From assembly GCA_934120135.1 (NCBI GenBank), contig CAKOTK010000003.1:83691-147690 (forward strand): DNA of 64,000 nucleotides, in the 5' to 3' direction. Of this stretch, positions 33,137 through 42,216 are shown piece by piece. The DNA is from an uncultured Clostridia bacterium. Its GTDB lineage: Bacteria > Bacillota > Clostridia > TANB77 > CAG-508. The position numbers and the translations under genes are program-made. Numbering within the stretch: position 1 is the stretch's first letter; each line of letters opens with the position of its first letter. The notes beneath the pieces are model-generated. The model was given only the letters and a program-made list of their open reading frames with translations. It had not been told where the DNA came from and did not search any database.

Positions 33137-36100
33137 CTAAATTTCAATTACAGTATTCAAAAATTCTTTAGCTTTTTCTATGATGTTCTCATTTTCTTTA
33201 ATTCGTAGTGTGACATAAGGTTCTACTGCATTAGAGAACTTAACTAGCATAGGGTATTTTGTAATTAAAGTGTTTACCATTTCTGGTTTGATTTTTTCTT
33301 TTACAAAATAGAATACAATTCCGTTTTCTCTTTGAGCTATTTTTAAGATGTTTGCTTTTCTTGCAAGCTGTTTTATTCTTGCAATATCTATTAAGTTTTC
33401 TAATTCTTTTGGAAGTCTACCATATCTATCAATAACCTCATCAATAACATTTTGAAGTTCTTCTTCTGTTCTACATAAAGCAATATTTTGGTATATTTCA
33501 ATTTTTTGACTACTATTTTCAATAAAGTTATCTGGTATATAGCTAGAAACAGCTAAGTCGATTTGTACATCTTGTTCTTCTACTACTTCTATTCCTTGCA
33601 TCTCTTTTATAACTTCATCTAACAATTTACAATATGTATCATATCCAACTTGTTCCATGTGTCCATGTTGCATTTCTCCAAGCATACTTCCTGCTCCACG
33701 AATTTCCAAATCTCTCATTGCTATTTTAAATCCTGAACCAAATTCAGTAAATTCCTTAATAGCTTTTAAACGTTTATCTGCAACTTCTGATAATAGTTTA
33801 TCTCTTTTATATGTTATATATGCATATGCTTGTTTGTCGCTTCTACCAACTCTACCTCTAATTTGGTAAAGCTGTGCTAAGCCTAATCTGTCTGCATTTT
33901 CTACTATTATAGTATTAGCATTTGGTATGTCTATTCCAGATTCTAATATTGTAGTACATACTAGTACATTTATTTCGTGATTTATAAAGCTTTCCATTAT
34001 TTCTTCTAGTTCTCTACCACTCATTTTTCCATGAGCAAATCCTACTTTAGCTTCTGGAACTAACATTGATATTTCATTTGCTTTTTTCTCAATACCTTCT
34101 ACTTGGTTAAATAGGTAAAATACCTGTCCGCCTCTTTCAATTTCTTTAGTTATTGCCTCTGTTATTACTTCTTGATCATATTCAAGAACATAAGTTTGTA
34201 CTGGTTTTCTGTTATGAGGTGGTTCATATATAACTGACATATCTCTAACGCCAACTATTGACATGTGTAGTGTTCTTGGTATTGGTGTTGCTGTCATTGT
34301 TAAAACATCTATATTTGTTCTTAATTTTTTTATTTTTTCTTTATCTTTAACTCCGAAACGATGTTCTTCATCTATTATTAAAAGACCTAAATCCTTGAAA
34401 TTAACATCTTCACTTAGTAGTCTATGTGTTCCAACAACTACATCAACTTCACCTAATTTAAGTTTCTTTATAATTTCATCTTGCTCTTTTTTAGTTTTAA
34501 ATCTATTTAATAACTCAACATTTATAGCAAATTCTTGCATTCTAGTTTTAAATTCTTCATATTGTTGATTTGCAAGTATTGTAGTTGGCACCAAATATGC
34601 AACTTGTTTTTGGTCCATAACAGCTTTAAATGCAGCTCTTATTGCAACTTCTGTTTTACCATATCCTACATCTCCACATAAAAGTCTATCCATTGGTTGT
34701 GGTTTTTCCATATCTTTTTTTACATCTTGTATACATCTTAATTGATCATCTGTTTCTGTATATGGAAAACTATCTTCAAATTGTTTTTGCCAAGGAGTAT
34801 CTGGTGAAAAGCTAAATCCTTTTATTTTTTGACGTTTGGCATATAGCTCTATTAAATCTTTTGCAACCGCTTCTATGTTTTTCTTTACTTTGCTAGTTGT
34901 TGCACTCCATTCTTTTCCACCTAGCTTATTTAGTCTAGGAGATGAATTATCTCCTCCACCTATATACTTTCTAACACTGTCTAAGCTATTTGTAGGAACA
35001 TATAGAATGTCATCATTTCTATATTTAATTTTAATATAGTCTTTTGTTACACCATCTGCTGTAATTGTATTTACCCCTATAAATTGTCCTATACCATGTG
35101 TTTGGTGTACCACTATATCACCTGGTTTTAAATCTGCAAATACAATTTTTTCACTATCTTTAAATGTACTAGATAATTTCTTTTTTCTTTTTACAGGTTC
35201 TTCAAAATTATTTTGTAGGCTAACTACTATTAAGTTTAAATCATAATTTTCAAATCCAGAAGAAAAGCCTCCAATTATTACTATAATTTCTCCTGGTTTA
35301 ACATTTTCCGCTTCTTGTTCATATTTATAGTTTATTTGATTTTCTTTTAAAATGTCACATAGTTTTTTAGCACTTATTTCATTACCAGCAAGTAATACTA
35401 CTTTCTTTTTATTTTTTTGATATGTTACAACATCTGCAAGTAATAAATCTAATTGTAGATTATAAAAGTTGATTTCTCTGGTTTCAAAATAGTATTTTTG
35501 AATGTTTTTAATTGAGTCATTTTGTTCTAAATATATTATTTGTTTTTCTTCAAAGTTATATTCAAATTTACTAATGTTTTCAATTGCTTCTGGCACAAAT
35601 TTTTCTTTTTCAACTAATGATGCAATTAGTTTGTTGTTATCTTCTATTATGTTTGTTTTTCTTTGATTTATCTTAGACTTTTCATCTAATAAAAGTAAAT
35701 ATTCATCTGACATATAGTCTAAAAATGAAGCTTGATTTTTATAAAATTCATTAAAATATTTATTTATTTTAGAAATATAATCTCCATTTTTTATAAGTTC
35801 TATATCTTCTATTTCTTCAGGATATTTTTCTTGTATATTTTTTACCGCTTCTGATAAATCTTGTACTATCAATTCATGTGCTGGAAATATAGTTATTTCT
35901 TTTAGCATTTCTGTTGATCTTTGTGAAGATATTTGAAAAAACCTAATTGAATCAACTTCATCTCCCCAGAATTCAATTCTAACACCAATTTTTTCTGATA
36001 ATCCTACATCTACTATTCCACCACGAATACTAAATTGTCCTTTGTTTTCAATTAGGTCACTTCTTTCATAACCAAGTCCAACTAGTTTTTCTTTAATTCC

Positions 36101-36556
36101 ATCTAATAAATATGTTTTTCCAACTTTAAAATCTATAACATTTTGATACAAAGTATCTTTAGCAATCATTTTTTGCATAACTGCTTCTATTGTTGTAACT
36201 ATTATTATTGGTTCTTTTTGCTGTTTAGCTAAATACATTTTGTTTAATACGTCAATTCTTTTATATTCAATTTCTTTACTTTGTGCAACATAGTCATAGC
36301 TTGTTATTTCTTTTTTAGGGAAGAAATATGTTTGTTTTATAAGTTTCTTTAAGTCTTGATATAACTTACGTGCCTGTATCTCATTATATGTTACTAACAC
36401 CATTGGTCTTTTAGTTTCATTAAAAATACCTGCTAGTACATGTAGTTTTTCAACGTCAACCAAGCCCGATATAGCTATCGGGCCTGTTTTACTAATTTGT
36501 TTTGTGAGTTCTTGGAACTTTTTATTTTCTTCCAATGTTTTAATTAAAAAGTTCAT
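33137..36556 (-). CDS. mfd: transcription-repair coupling factor
   Basis: 1139 aa; UvrB-homology N-domain, RNAP-interacting domain, superfamily-2 helicase motifs (GDVGYGKTEVA, DEEHRFG) and TRCF C-domain. Confidence 0.9.
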   Translation of the reverse strand: MNFLIKTLEENKKFQELTKQISKTGPIAISGLVDVEKLHVLAGIFNETKRPMVLVTYNEIQARKLYQDLKKLIKQTYFFPKKEITSYDYVAQSKEIEYKRIDVLNKMYLAKQQKEPIIIVTTIEAVMQKMIAKDTLYQNVIDFKVGKTYLLDGIKEKLVGLGYERSDLIENKGQFSIRGGIVDVGLSEKIGVRIEFWGDEVDSIRFFQISSQRSTEMLKEITIFPAHELIVQDLSEAVKNIQEKYPEEIEDIELIKNGDYISKINKYFNEFYKNQASFLDYMSDEYLLLLDEKSKINQRKTNIIEDNNKLIASLVEKEKFVPEAIENISKFEYNFEEKQIIYLEQNDSIKNIQKYYFETREINFYNLQLDLLLADVVTYQKNKKKVVLLAGNEISAKKLCDILKENQINYKYEQEAENVKPGEIIVIIGGFSSGFENYDLNLIVVSLQNNFEEPVKRKKKLSSTFKDSEKIVFADLKPGDIVVHQTHGIGQFIGVNTITADGVTKDYIKIKYRNDDILYVPTNSLDSVRKYIGGGDNSSPRLNKLGGKEWSATTSKVKKNIEAVAKDLIELYAKRQKIKGFSFSPDTPWQKQFEDSFPYTETDDQLRCIQDVKKDMEKPQPMDRLLCGDVGYGKTEVAIRAAFKAVMDQKQVAYLVPTTILANQQYEEFKTRMQEFAINVELLNRFKTKKEQDEIIKKLKLGEVDVVVGTHRLLSEDVNFKDLGLLIIDEEHRFGVKDKEKIKKLRTNIDVLTMTATPIPRTLHMSIVGVRDMSVIYEPPHNRKPVQTYVLEYDQEVITEAITKEIERGGQVFYLFNQVEGIEKKANEISMLVPEAKVGFAHGKMSGRELEEIMESFINHEINVLVCTTILESGIDIPNANTIIVENADRLGLAQLYQIRGRVGRSDKQAYAYITYKRDKLLSEVADKRLKAIKEFTEFGSGFKIAMRDLEIRGAGSMLGEMQHGHMEQVGYDTYCKLLDEVIKEMQGIEVVEEQDVQIDLAVSSYIPDNFIENSSQKIEIYQNIALCRTEEELQNVIDEVIDRYGRLPKELENLIDIARIKQLARKANILKIAQRENGIVFYFVKEKIKPEMVNTLITKYPMLVKFSNAVEPYVTLRIKENENIIEKAKEFLNTVIEI

Positions 36557-36562
36557 TTTGAA

Positions 36563-38392
36563 TTATCCTTCTACGAAATATTGCCTATACCAAATCAAGA
36601 AACAATATATTGTATAAACTTTTCTATGTGTCATTGCTTTTCCTTCATAATAGTCATTTAAAAGTTTAACTATTTTATCTGTATCAAAGAATTTTGCTGC
36701 ATATTCACTTTCAAAAGTTTCTTTTACTTTATTATACCATTTTTCTTCTTTTAGCCAATATTTGAATGGAACCATAAATCCTTTTTTCTCTCTTTGTGCC
36801 CATTCTTTTGGAACTATTTTAGCTGCTGCTTTTCTTAGTGCATATTTTGTTGTGTCTTTTCCAACTATTTTATATTCTCTTGGTAGCTTAGAAGCGGTAT
36901 CAAATACGACTCTATCTAATATAGGAACTCTTAATTCAAGTGATGCTGACATAGTCATTTTATCTGCTTTTAATAAAATATCATTTGGTAACCATAAATG
37001 CATGTCTAAGTATTGCATTTTGATTAAGTCATTTTGATCTTTTACTTTTGCAAATATTGGAGCTGTAACATCTTTAAAACTAATATTAGTTTTGTATTCT
37101 GGTTTTAACACATCATTTGCTTGTTCATCATCAAATATAAATGCTTGACCAATATAGCTGTCTTCAATTGGTGTTCCTTCTGAAATTAAGAAGTTCTTTC
37201 CTTTTATGTTTGGTAATTTCTCAGCAAATTTTTTCATTTTTGCTCTAAATGAAAGTGGTAGTTTTTCATAAGCATTATAAAATTTTGTTCTGTGGTATGT
37301 TTGGTAACCTCCAAATAATTCGTCTGCTCCCTCACCAGATAAAACTACTTTTACATCTTTTGCAGCTAATCTTGATAAATGATATAAAGGAACTGCTGAA
37401 AGATTTGCATGTGGCTCATCTGAATAATATTGCACGTCTTCTAATGAATCAAAAAATTCTTCATCAGATATAATTTTGCTTGTATTTTTTATCTCTAAAA
37501 TTTTTGATAAATCTTTAGCATAAACTGTTTCGTCAAAATTATCATAATTAAATCCTACTGTATATGTTTTGTCTGGCTTTGCATAAGATACAACATAACT
37601 TGAATCTACACCAGAAGATAAAAATGAACCAACCTCAACATCTGCTATTCTATGATAATCTATTGAGCTTGTTATTGTTTCATGTATACTATTTACAGTT
37701 TCTTCAAAATTTTTCTTTTCTTCTATAAAGTTAAATGTATTGTATTCTGTTACTTCTAATTTGCCATCTTTATAAGTAAATTGATGACCTGGCTTTAGCC
37801 TATATACTCCTTTGAAAAATGTTTCGTCTAATGCAGAGTATTGGAAAGTTAAATATGTTTTTAAAGCCTCTTCATTTAATTCCTTTTTAAATTTTGGATG
37901 TGGTAAAAAGCTCTTTATTTCTGAGCCAAATATAAACATACCATCTCTATTGTAATAATAAAATGGTTTAATTCCAAAATGGTCTCTTGCACCAAAAAGA
38001 ACTTTGTTTTTAATATCCCATATTACAAAGGCAAACATTCCTCTAAGTTTTTTAGTAATTTCTTGTCCATATTCTTCATATCCATGAAGAATAGTTTCTG
38101 TATCAGAATTATTGGCAAAAACATGTCCTTTTGCCATTAAGTCTTCTTTTAATTCTTGATAATTATATATTTCTCCATTGAATAAAATAACCATTGAGCT
38201 ATCTTCATTAAACATTGGTTGATGTCCATTACTTAGGTCTATTATACTTAATCTTCTAAATGCTAGAGAGATTTTATCATCTTCATAAAATCCTTCATCA
38301 TCTGGTCCTCTATGTTTTATAGTATCTGACATACTTTTTATTATTTTTCTATCTTTTTCTCCATCTTCAACATATCCTACAAATCCACACAT
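36563..38392 (-). CDS. asnB: asparagine synthase (glutamine-hydrolysing)
   Basis: 609 aa; N-terminal MCGFVGY Ntn glutaminase nucleophile, SGGVDSS PP-loop. Confidence 0.85.
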   Translation of the reverse strand: MCGFVGYVEDGEKDRKIIKSMSDTIKHRGPDDEGFYEDDKISLAFRRLSIIDLSNGHQPMFNEDSSMVILFNGEIYNYQELKEDLMAKGHVFANNSDTETILHGYEEYGQEITKKLRGMFAFVIWDIKNKVLFGARDHFGIKPFYYYNRDGMFIFGSEIKSFLPHPKFKKELNEEALKTYLTFQYSALDETFFKGVYRLKPGHQFTYKDGKLEVTEYNTFNFIEEKKNFEETVNSIHETITSSIDYHRIADVEVGSFLSSGVDSSYVVSYAKPDKTYTVGFNYDNFDETVYAKDLSKILEIKNTSKIISDEEFFDSLEDVQYYSDEPHANLSAVPLYHLSRLAAKDVKVVLSGEGADELFGGYQTYHRTKFYNAYEKLPLSFRAKMKKFAEKLPNIKGKNFLISEGTPIEDSYIGQAFIFDDEQANDVLKPEYKTNISFKDVTAPIFAKVKDQNDLIKMQYLDMHLWLPNDILLKADKMTMSASLELRVPILDRVVFDTASKLPREYKIVGKDTTKYALRKAAAKIVPKEWAQREKKGFMVPFKYWLKEEKWYNKVKETFESEYAAKFFDTDKIVKLLNDYYEGKAMTHRKVYTIYCFLIWYRQYFVEG

Positions 38393-38522
38393 ATTTTATC
38401 TCCTCTTTTCCTTTTTGTAGTATACACAAAAATGCCGTTATTTGCAAGATATATTTATGATTTTTTGCAAGAATAAAAGCCTAAACAAATCAGGCTCTCA
38501 TTCTTTAACCTCTATTAAAAGG

Positions 38523-38789
38523 CTATTGTATTGAATTGGATTCTCTCATAAGGCGATACTTCTCTTTTGTAGCATTTCCACCTCTAATGCTACGTTCTTT
38601 CAAGTTGAATGCGAGTACATCGCAGACGGCTTGTGCCATAGGTAATGAAATTTCAGGAAGTCTTTTGGTCAAGTCATTGTGCACTGTAGTTTTACTAACT
38701 CTGAAAATATCTGCCAATTCCCGCACAGTCACTTGGTTTTCTATTATATACCAAGCCAAATCTAACGTCCGTTTTTCAATTCTATCCAT
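38523..38789 (-). CDS. spoIIID: stage III sporulation protein D (mother-cell transcription factor)
   Basis: 88 aa; highly conserved SpoIIID HTH (TVRELADIFRVSKTTVHNDLTKRL); downstream hairpin terminator at about 38470-38495. Confidence 0.8.
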   Translation of the reverse strand: MDRIEKRTLDLAWYIIENQVTVRELADIFRVSKTTVHNDLTKRLPEISLPMAQAVCDVLAFNLKERSIRGGNATKEKYRLMRESNSIQ

Positions 38790-38882
38790 TACAGATTCTC
38801 CCCTTCAAAATTAATTATAGCCATATTAGGCTATGCACTTTATATTATACTCTCAAATTATGTCAATGTCAAATTCTGGATT

Positions 38883-40052
38883 TTATTTAACCACTTCACT
38901 TAATACTTTTGCTAGGTATTTCATGCTTACTAAAGTTTGGTCTAGGGTGTTGCCTGTTGCACCAACTTCTATTATTGTTGCTGCTTTGGTTACATGTTGA
39001 TTATATGTAGTTCCTCTTAATATTATTGGTTTAAACAAACCTGGATATAGTTCATTCGCTTTTTCTTGTACTTTTATTGCAAATTTTAAATTTTGCGCCC
39101 AAGTTTCATGTTTTGTGCTTCCTTCATTCCCCCCTATTACAAACATAAGTTGTGCAGCATATTCTTCTCCGATTTTTACTGTTGGAGCATATGTACTGTC
39201 TCCTATTGCATCTCTATGTAAATCAATTACTACATCCGTATTTTTGTTTTCGTCTAATAACTTAGTTATAGTTTTTAAAGAGTTTGCATATGACCCAGTA
39301 TATGATGGATAGTCATGATAACTTTCATCATGTATAACATTATATCCATATGTTTTGAGTTGTGCCTCTAACTCATTTCCTACTCTTATTACTGAGTAAT
39401 TTTTATCTGTCGTTCTAAAGTTTCCTGTTTTTTTATATTGATATTTTTCACTTGGTGTATAGCTCTCACATGAGTGTGTGTGATATATTAAAATGTTATC
39501 TTTTTTTACTGTAATATCTGGTTTTAATATTTCTTCAGTTAGTTTATATTTAACTTCATTTTTTATTTTTACTCCATTATATTGTGTTGTGTATTTATTT
39601 GGCACATTTGAGCTTTGTACTTCTGTTTTTAGTCCTGTTTGGGCTTGTTCTACTTTTGTTGCATCTTCTTTTGATTCACTACTAGTTGGTTGTTCATCTT
39701 TTGTTTCTTCTAAAGAATTTATTACTTTTAATTCCATCCCTAAAGCTAATTTTAGTGGATTAATTGATGCTAATTTTGTTGAAGTCTCGTTAATACTTTC
39801 TGTGTTTGTTACAGGCAAGGCAATATTGATAAAAGATGTCATCAACTTTTTGTTGTTGGTTTCTTGAATTTGATTTTTTATATTACTTTGATTTTGTGAA
39901 AGATATTTAGTTATCCCTATAACTACAGTTACTAATATTGTGATTTTTACAATATATTTTATTATGTCTTTTAAATTTAATACTGCCATATTTATCATAA
40001 TAAAAATTTCTCCTTTGTCCAATTTACTATTAACTAGTATATTCTTGGACAA
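38883..40052 (-). CDS. spoIIP: stage II sporulation protein P (engulfment cell-wall hydrolase)
   Basis: 389 aa; N-terminal TM, conserved ILIYHTHSCESY block and amidase-like C-domain. Confidence 0.65.
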   Translation of the reverse strand: MSKNILVNSKLDKGEIFIMINMAVLNLKDIIKYIVKITILVTVVIGITKYLSQNQSNIKNQIQETNNKKLMTSFINIALPVTNTESINETSTKLASINPLKLALGMELKVINSLEETKDEQPTSSESKEDATKVEQAQTGLKTEVQSSNVPNKYTTQYNGVKIKNEVKYKLTEEILKPDITVKKDNILIYHTHSCESYTPSEKYQYKKTGNFRTTDKNYSVIRVGNELEAQLKTYGYNVIHDESYHDYPSYTGSYANSLKTITKLLDENKNTDVVIDLHRDAIGDSTYAPTVKIGEEYAAQLMFVIGGNEGSTKHETWAQNLKFAIKVQEKANELYPGLFKPIILRGTTYNQHVTKAATIIEVGATGNTLDQTLVSMKYLAKVLSEVVK

Positions 40053-40067
40053 AGGAGATTATGATTT

Positions 40068-41381
40068 TTAGTTTTTAATTACTTCGCAAATTTTCTTTGC
40101 ATCTAGTTCTGTAGGAGTTTCTTCTCCTGTTTCCATATTTTTAACTTTTACTGTATTAGAACTTATTTCGTCTTCTCCAATTACAGCAACATAAGGAATT
40201 TTTAGTTTGTCTGCATATTTAAATTTCGCTTTTAATTTTTTGTCATTTAAATATACTTCTGTATTTATTCCTTCTTTACGCAAATCACTTGCTAATTCAA
40301 TTGATTTTGTCATATCTTCTGTCATTGGTATTATTAAAATATCTGACATAGAATATTTATCTGATTTGATAAGTTGTAATTCATTTAGTTTATAGAATAG
40401 TCTGGTTAGACCAATTGAAATTCCAACACCAGGCAACTTTTTGTCTGTGTAATATTCAGCTAAGTTTTCATATCTTCCTCCTGAACATACACTTCCTAGT
40501 TCTTTATAATCATTTAAAAATGTCTCATATACTGTTCCTGTGTAATAGTCTAATCCTCTAGCAATTGTTAAATCTATTTTAAAGTGAGTATCTGGTACAC
40601 CAAATATTCTAATATATTTTACAACTTGTTTTAGCTCTTCTAAACCTTGTGTAAACATTTCATTTAGAATACCTAGGTTTTCTAATTTACTAATCTTTTC
40701 GTCTGTTGTACCATCAATTTCAATAAAAGTTAATATTCTTTCAATTGCTTGGTCATCAACACCAATTTCTTTTAGTTCTTCTACTACTTTTTCTTTTCCT
40801 ATTTTGGCAAGTTTATCAATAGTTCTCATAATGTCAACTGCATTTTGCTCTTGATTTACTTCTCTAAATAATCCATTTAATACTTTTCTGTTATTTATGC
40901 ATATAGTGAAATCATTGAAGCCTAAATCTGATATTAGGTTATATATAACACTTGGAATTTCTGCGTCATTAACTATTCCAAGTTCTCCATCTCCAATAAT
41001 GTCAATATCGCATTGATAAAATTCACGAAATCTACCTTTTTGAGTTTTTTCTCCTCTATATACTTTACCTATTTGATATCTTCTAAATGGGAAACTTAAA
41101 TTACCATAGTTTTTAGCTACATATTTTGCAAGTGGTACAGTTAAGTCAAATCTCATTGAAATGTCTGTATCTCCTTTTGTGAAGCGGTAAATCTGTTTTT
41201 CAGTTTCTCCACCTGCTTTTGCTAATAGCACTTCTGATAGTTCTAGTATTGGTGTATCTAATGGTAAAAATCCAAATCTTTGGTATGTTTTTTCTATTGT
41301 TTGTTTCATTTGCTCAAATAATATTTGTTCATTTGGCAATAGTTCCATGAAACCAGCCAAAGTTCTTGGTTCTATATTCAT
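40068..41381 (-). CDS. hisS: histidyl-tRNA synthetase
   Basis: 437 aa class IIa aaRS with HisRS motifs and C-terminal anticodon-binding domain. Confidence 0.9.
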   Translation of the reverse strand: MNIEPRTLAGFMELLPNEQILFEQMKQTIEKTYQRFGFLPLDTPILELSEVLLAKAGGETEKQIYRFTKGDTDISMRFDLTVPLAKYVAKNYGNLSFPFRRYQIGKVYRGEKTQKGRFREFYQCDIDIIGDGELGIVNDAEIPSVIYNLISDLGFNDFTICINNRKVLNGLFREVNQEQNAVDIMRTIDKLAKIGKEKVVEELKEIGVDDQAIERILTFIEIDGTTDEKISKLENLGILNEMFTQGLEELKQVVKYIRIFGVPDTHFKIDLTIARGLDYYTGTVYETFLNDYKELGSVCSGGRYENLAEYYTDKKLPGVGISIGLTRLFYKLNELQLIKSDKYSMSDILIIPMTEDMTKSIELASDLRKEGINTEVYLNDKKLKAKFKYADKLKIPYVAVIGEDEISSNTVKVKNMETGEETPTELDAKKICEVIKN

Positions 41382-41438
41382 GTCTTCTCCTCCTAATCTT
41401 CTCTTGGTTTTAATTCATCATAAATTGGTTTTTCTTCT

Positions 41439-42047
41439 TTAATCATAGTTGATTTGCCATGTCCGTGGATATACTATTGTGTCATCTGGAAGTTTTAATA
41501 TTTTTTCTGTTATTGAATTCATTATATCCATAAAATTACTTGTTGGCAAATCTGTTCTACCCCAAGTTCCATGGAATAAAGTATCTCCTGAAAATACAAG
41601 TTTTTCTTCTTCACAATATAGTGAACTTCCACCTTTTGTATGGCCAGGCGTATGAATTACCCTAAACTCTATATTTCCTATATGTATTTTATCCCCATCA
41701 TCTACTATTGAATCTGGGTCTAAATGTACATCCTCAACTCCAACATAATCTGTTAAACTAATATTTTTATCTTGTAGGCCCTCTTTTTCCAATCTATGAA
41801 TTAATATTTTTCCGCCTTTTGCGTTTTTTAATTCTACTAATGCTCCAATATGGTCTCCATGGCAGTGAGTTATGTATATATATTTTAGTTTTGCTTGTAA
41901 TATATCTAGCATTTCGATAATTTTATTTACTTCTCCACCCGGATCTATAACCATTGTTTCTTTTGTTTTTTCATCTTGAACAATGTAGCAATTTGTTGGC
42001 TCACAAATCGCTCCACTGTTTACTCTCAACTGCTTTAGTATCATCAC
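41439..42047 (-). CDS. MBL-fold metallo-hydrolase
   Basis: 202 aa; THCHGDHIGAL (HxHxDH) metal-binding motif; occupies the usual position upstream of hisS. Confidence 0.7.
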   Translation of the reverse strand: MMILKQLRVNSGAICEPTNCYIVQDEKTKETMVIDPGGEVNKIIEMLDILQAKLKYIYITHCHGDHIGALVELKNAKGGKILIHRLEKEGLQDKNISLTDYVGVEDVHLDPDSIVDDGDKIHIGNIEFRVIHTPGHTKGGSSLYCEEEKLVFSGDTLFHGTWGRTDLPTSNFMDIMNSITEKILKLPDDTIVYPRTWQINYD

Positions 42048-42100
42048 TATTTTTTCCTTTCCGTACTGTTCTTATTGTTTCAATATCCGATTTTGAAAAA

Positions 42101-42213
42101 AATTGGTATATTACTAGGCAAAGTAAATTAAAAAGGCAAGGGCGCAACCTCTTGGTTGTAACCGCGTTTTTAATTCACTTTAACGACGTAAGATGCTAAT
42201 TATTTTCGAAATC
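42101..42213. other. conserved structured intergenic element, copy A (about 110 nt; second copy at 59484-59590)
   Basis: Shares core attNgtatatt..agg.aa.gt..attaaaaag.caagggcgca[5-bp stem]gtaaccgcgtttttaat..acttt.acga...aagatgct.attatttt with copy B. Inner GC hairpin (GCG-CAACC/GGTTG-CGC) nested in a 15-bp A/U-rich outer stem. Confidence 0.6.
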
Positions 42214-42216
42214 GCT

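Noticed and set aside
42130-42170. T-box antiterminator-like sequence (AAGGGCGCA…GTAACCGCG) upstream of the hisS operon
   Set aside because: The resemblance to AGGGUGGNACCGCG is on the strand antisense to hisS and lacks a specifier-loop/stem I context. The same element recurs next to a non-aaRS gene.
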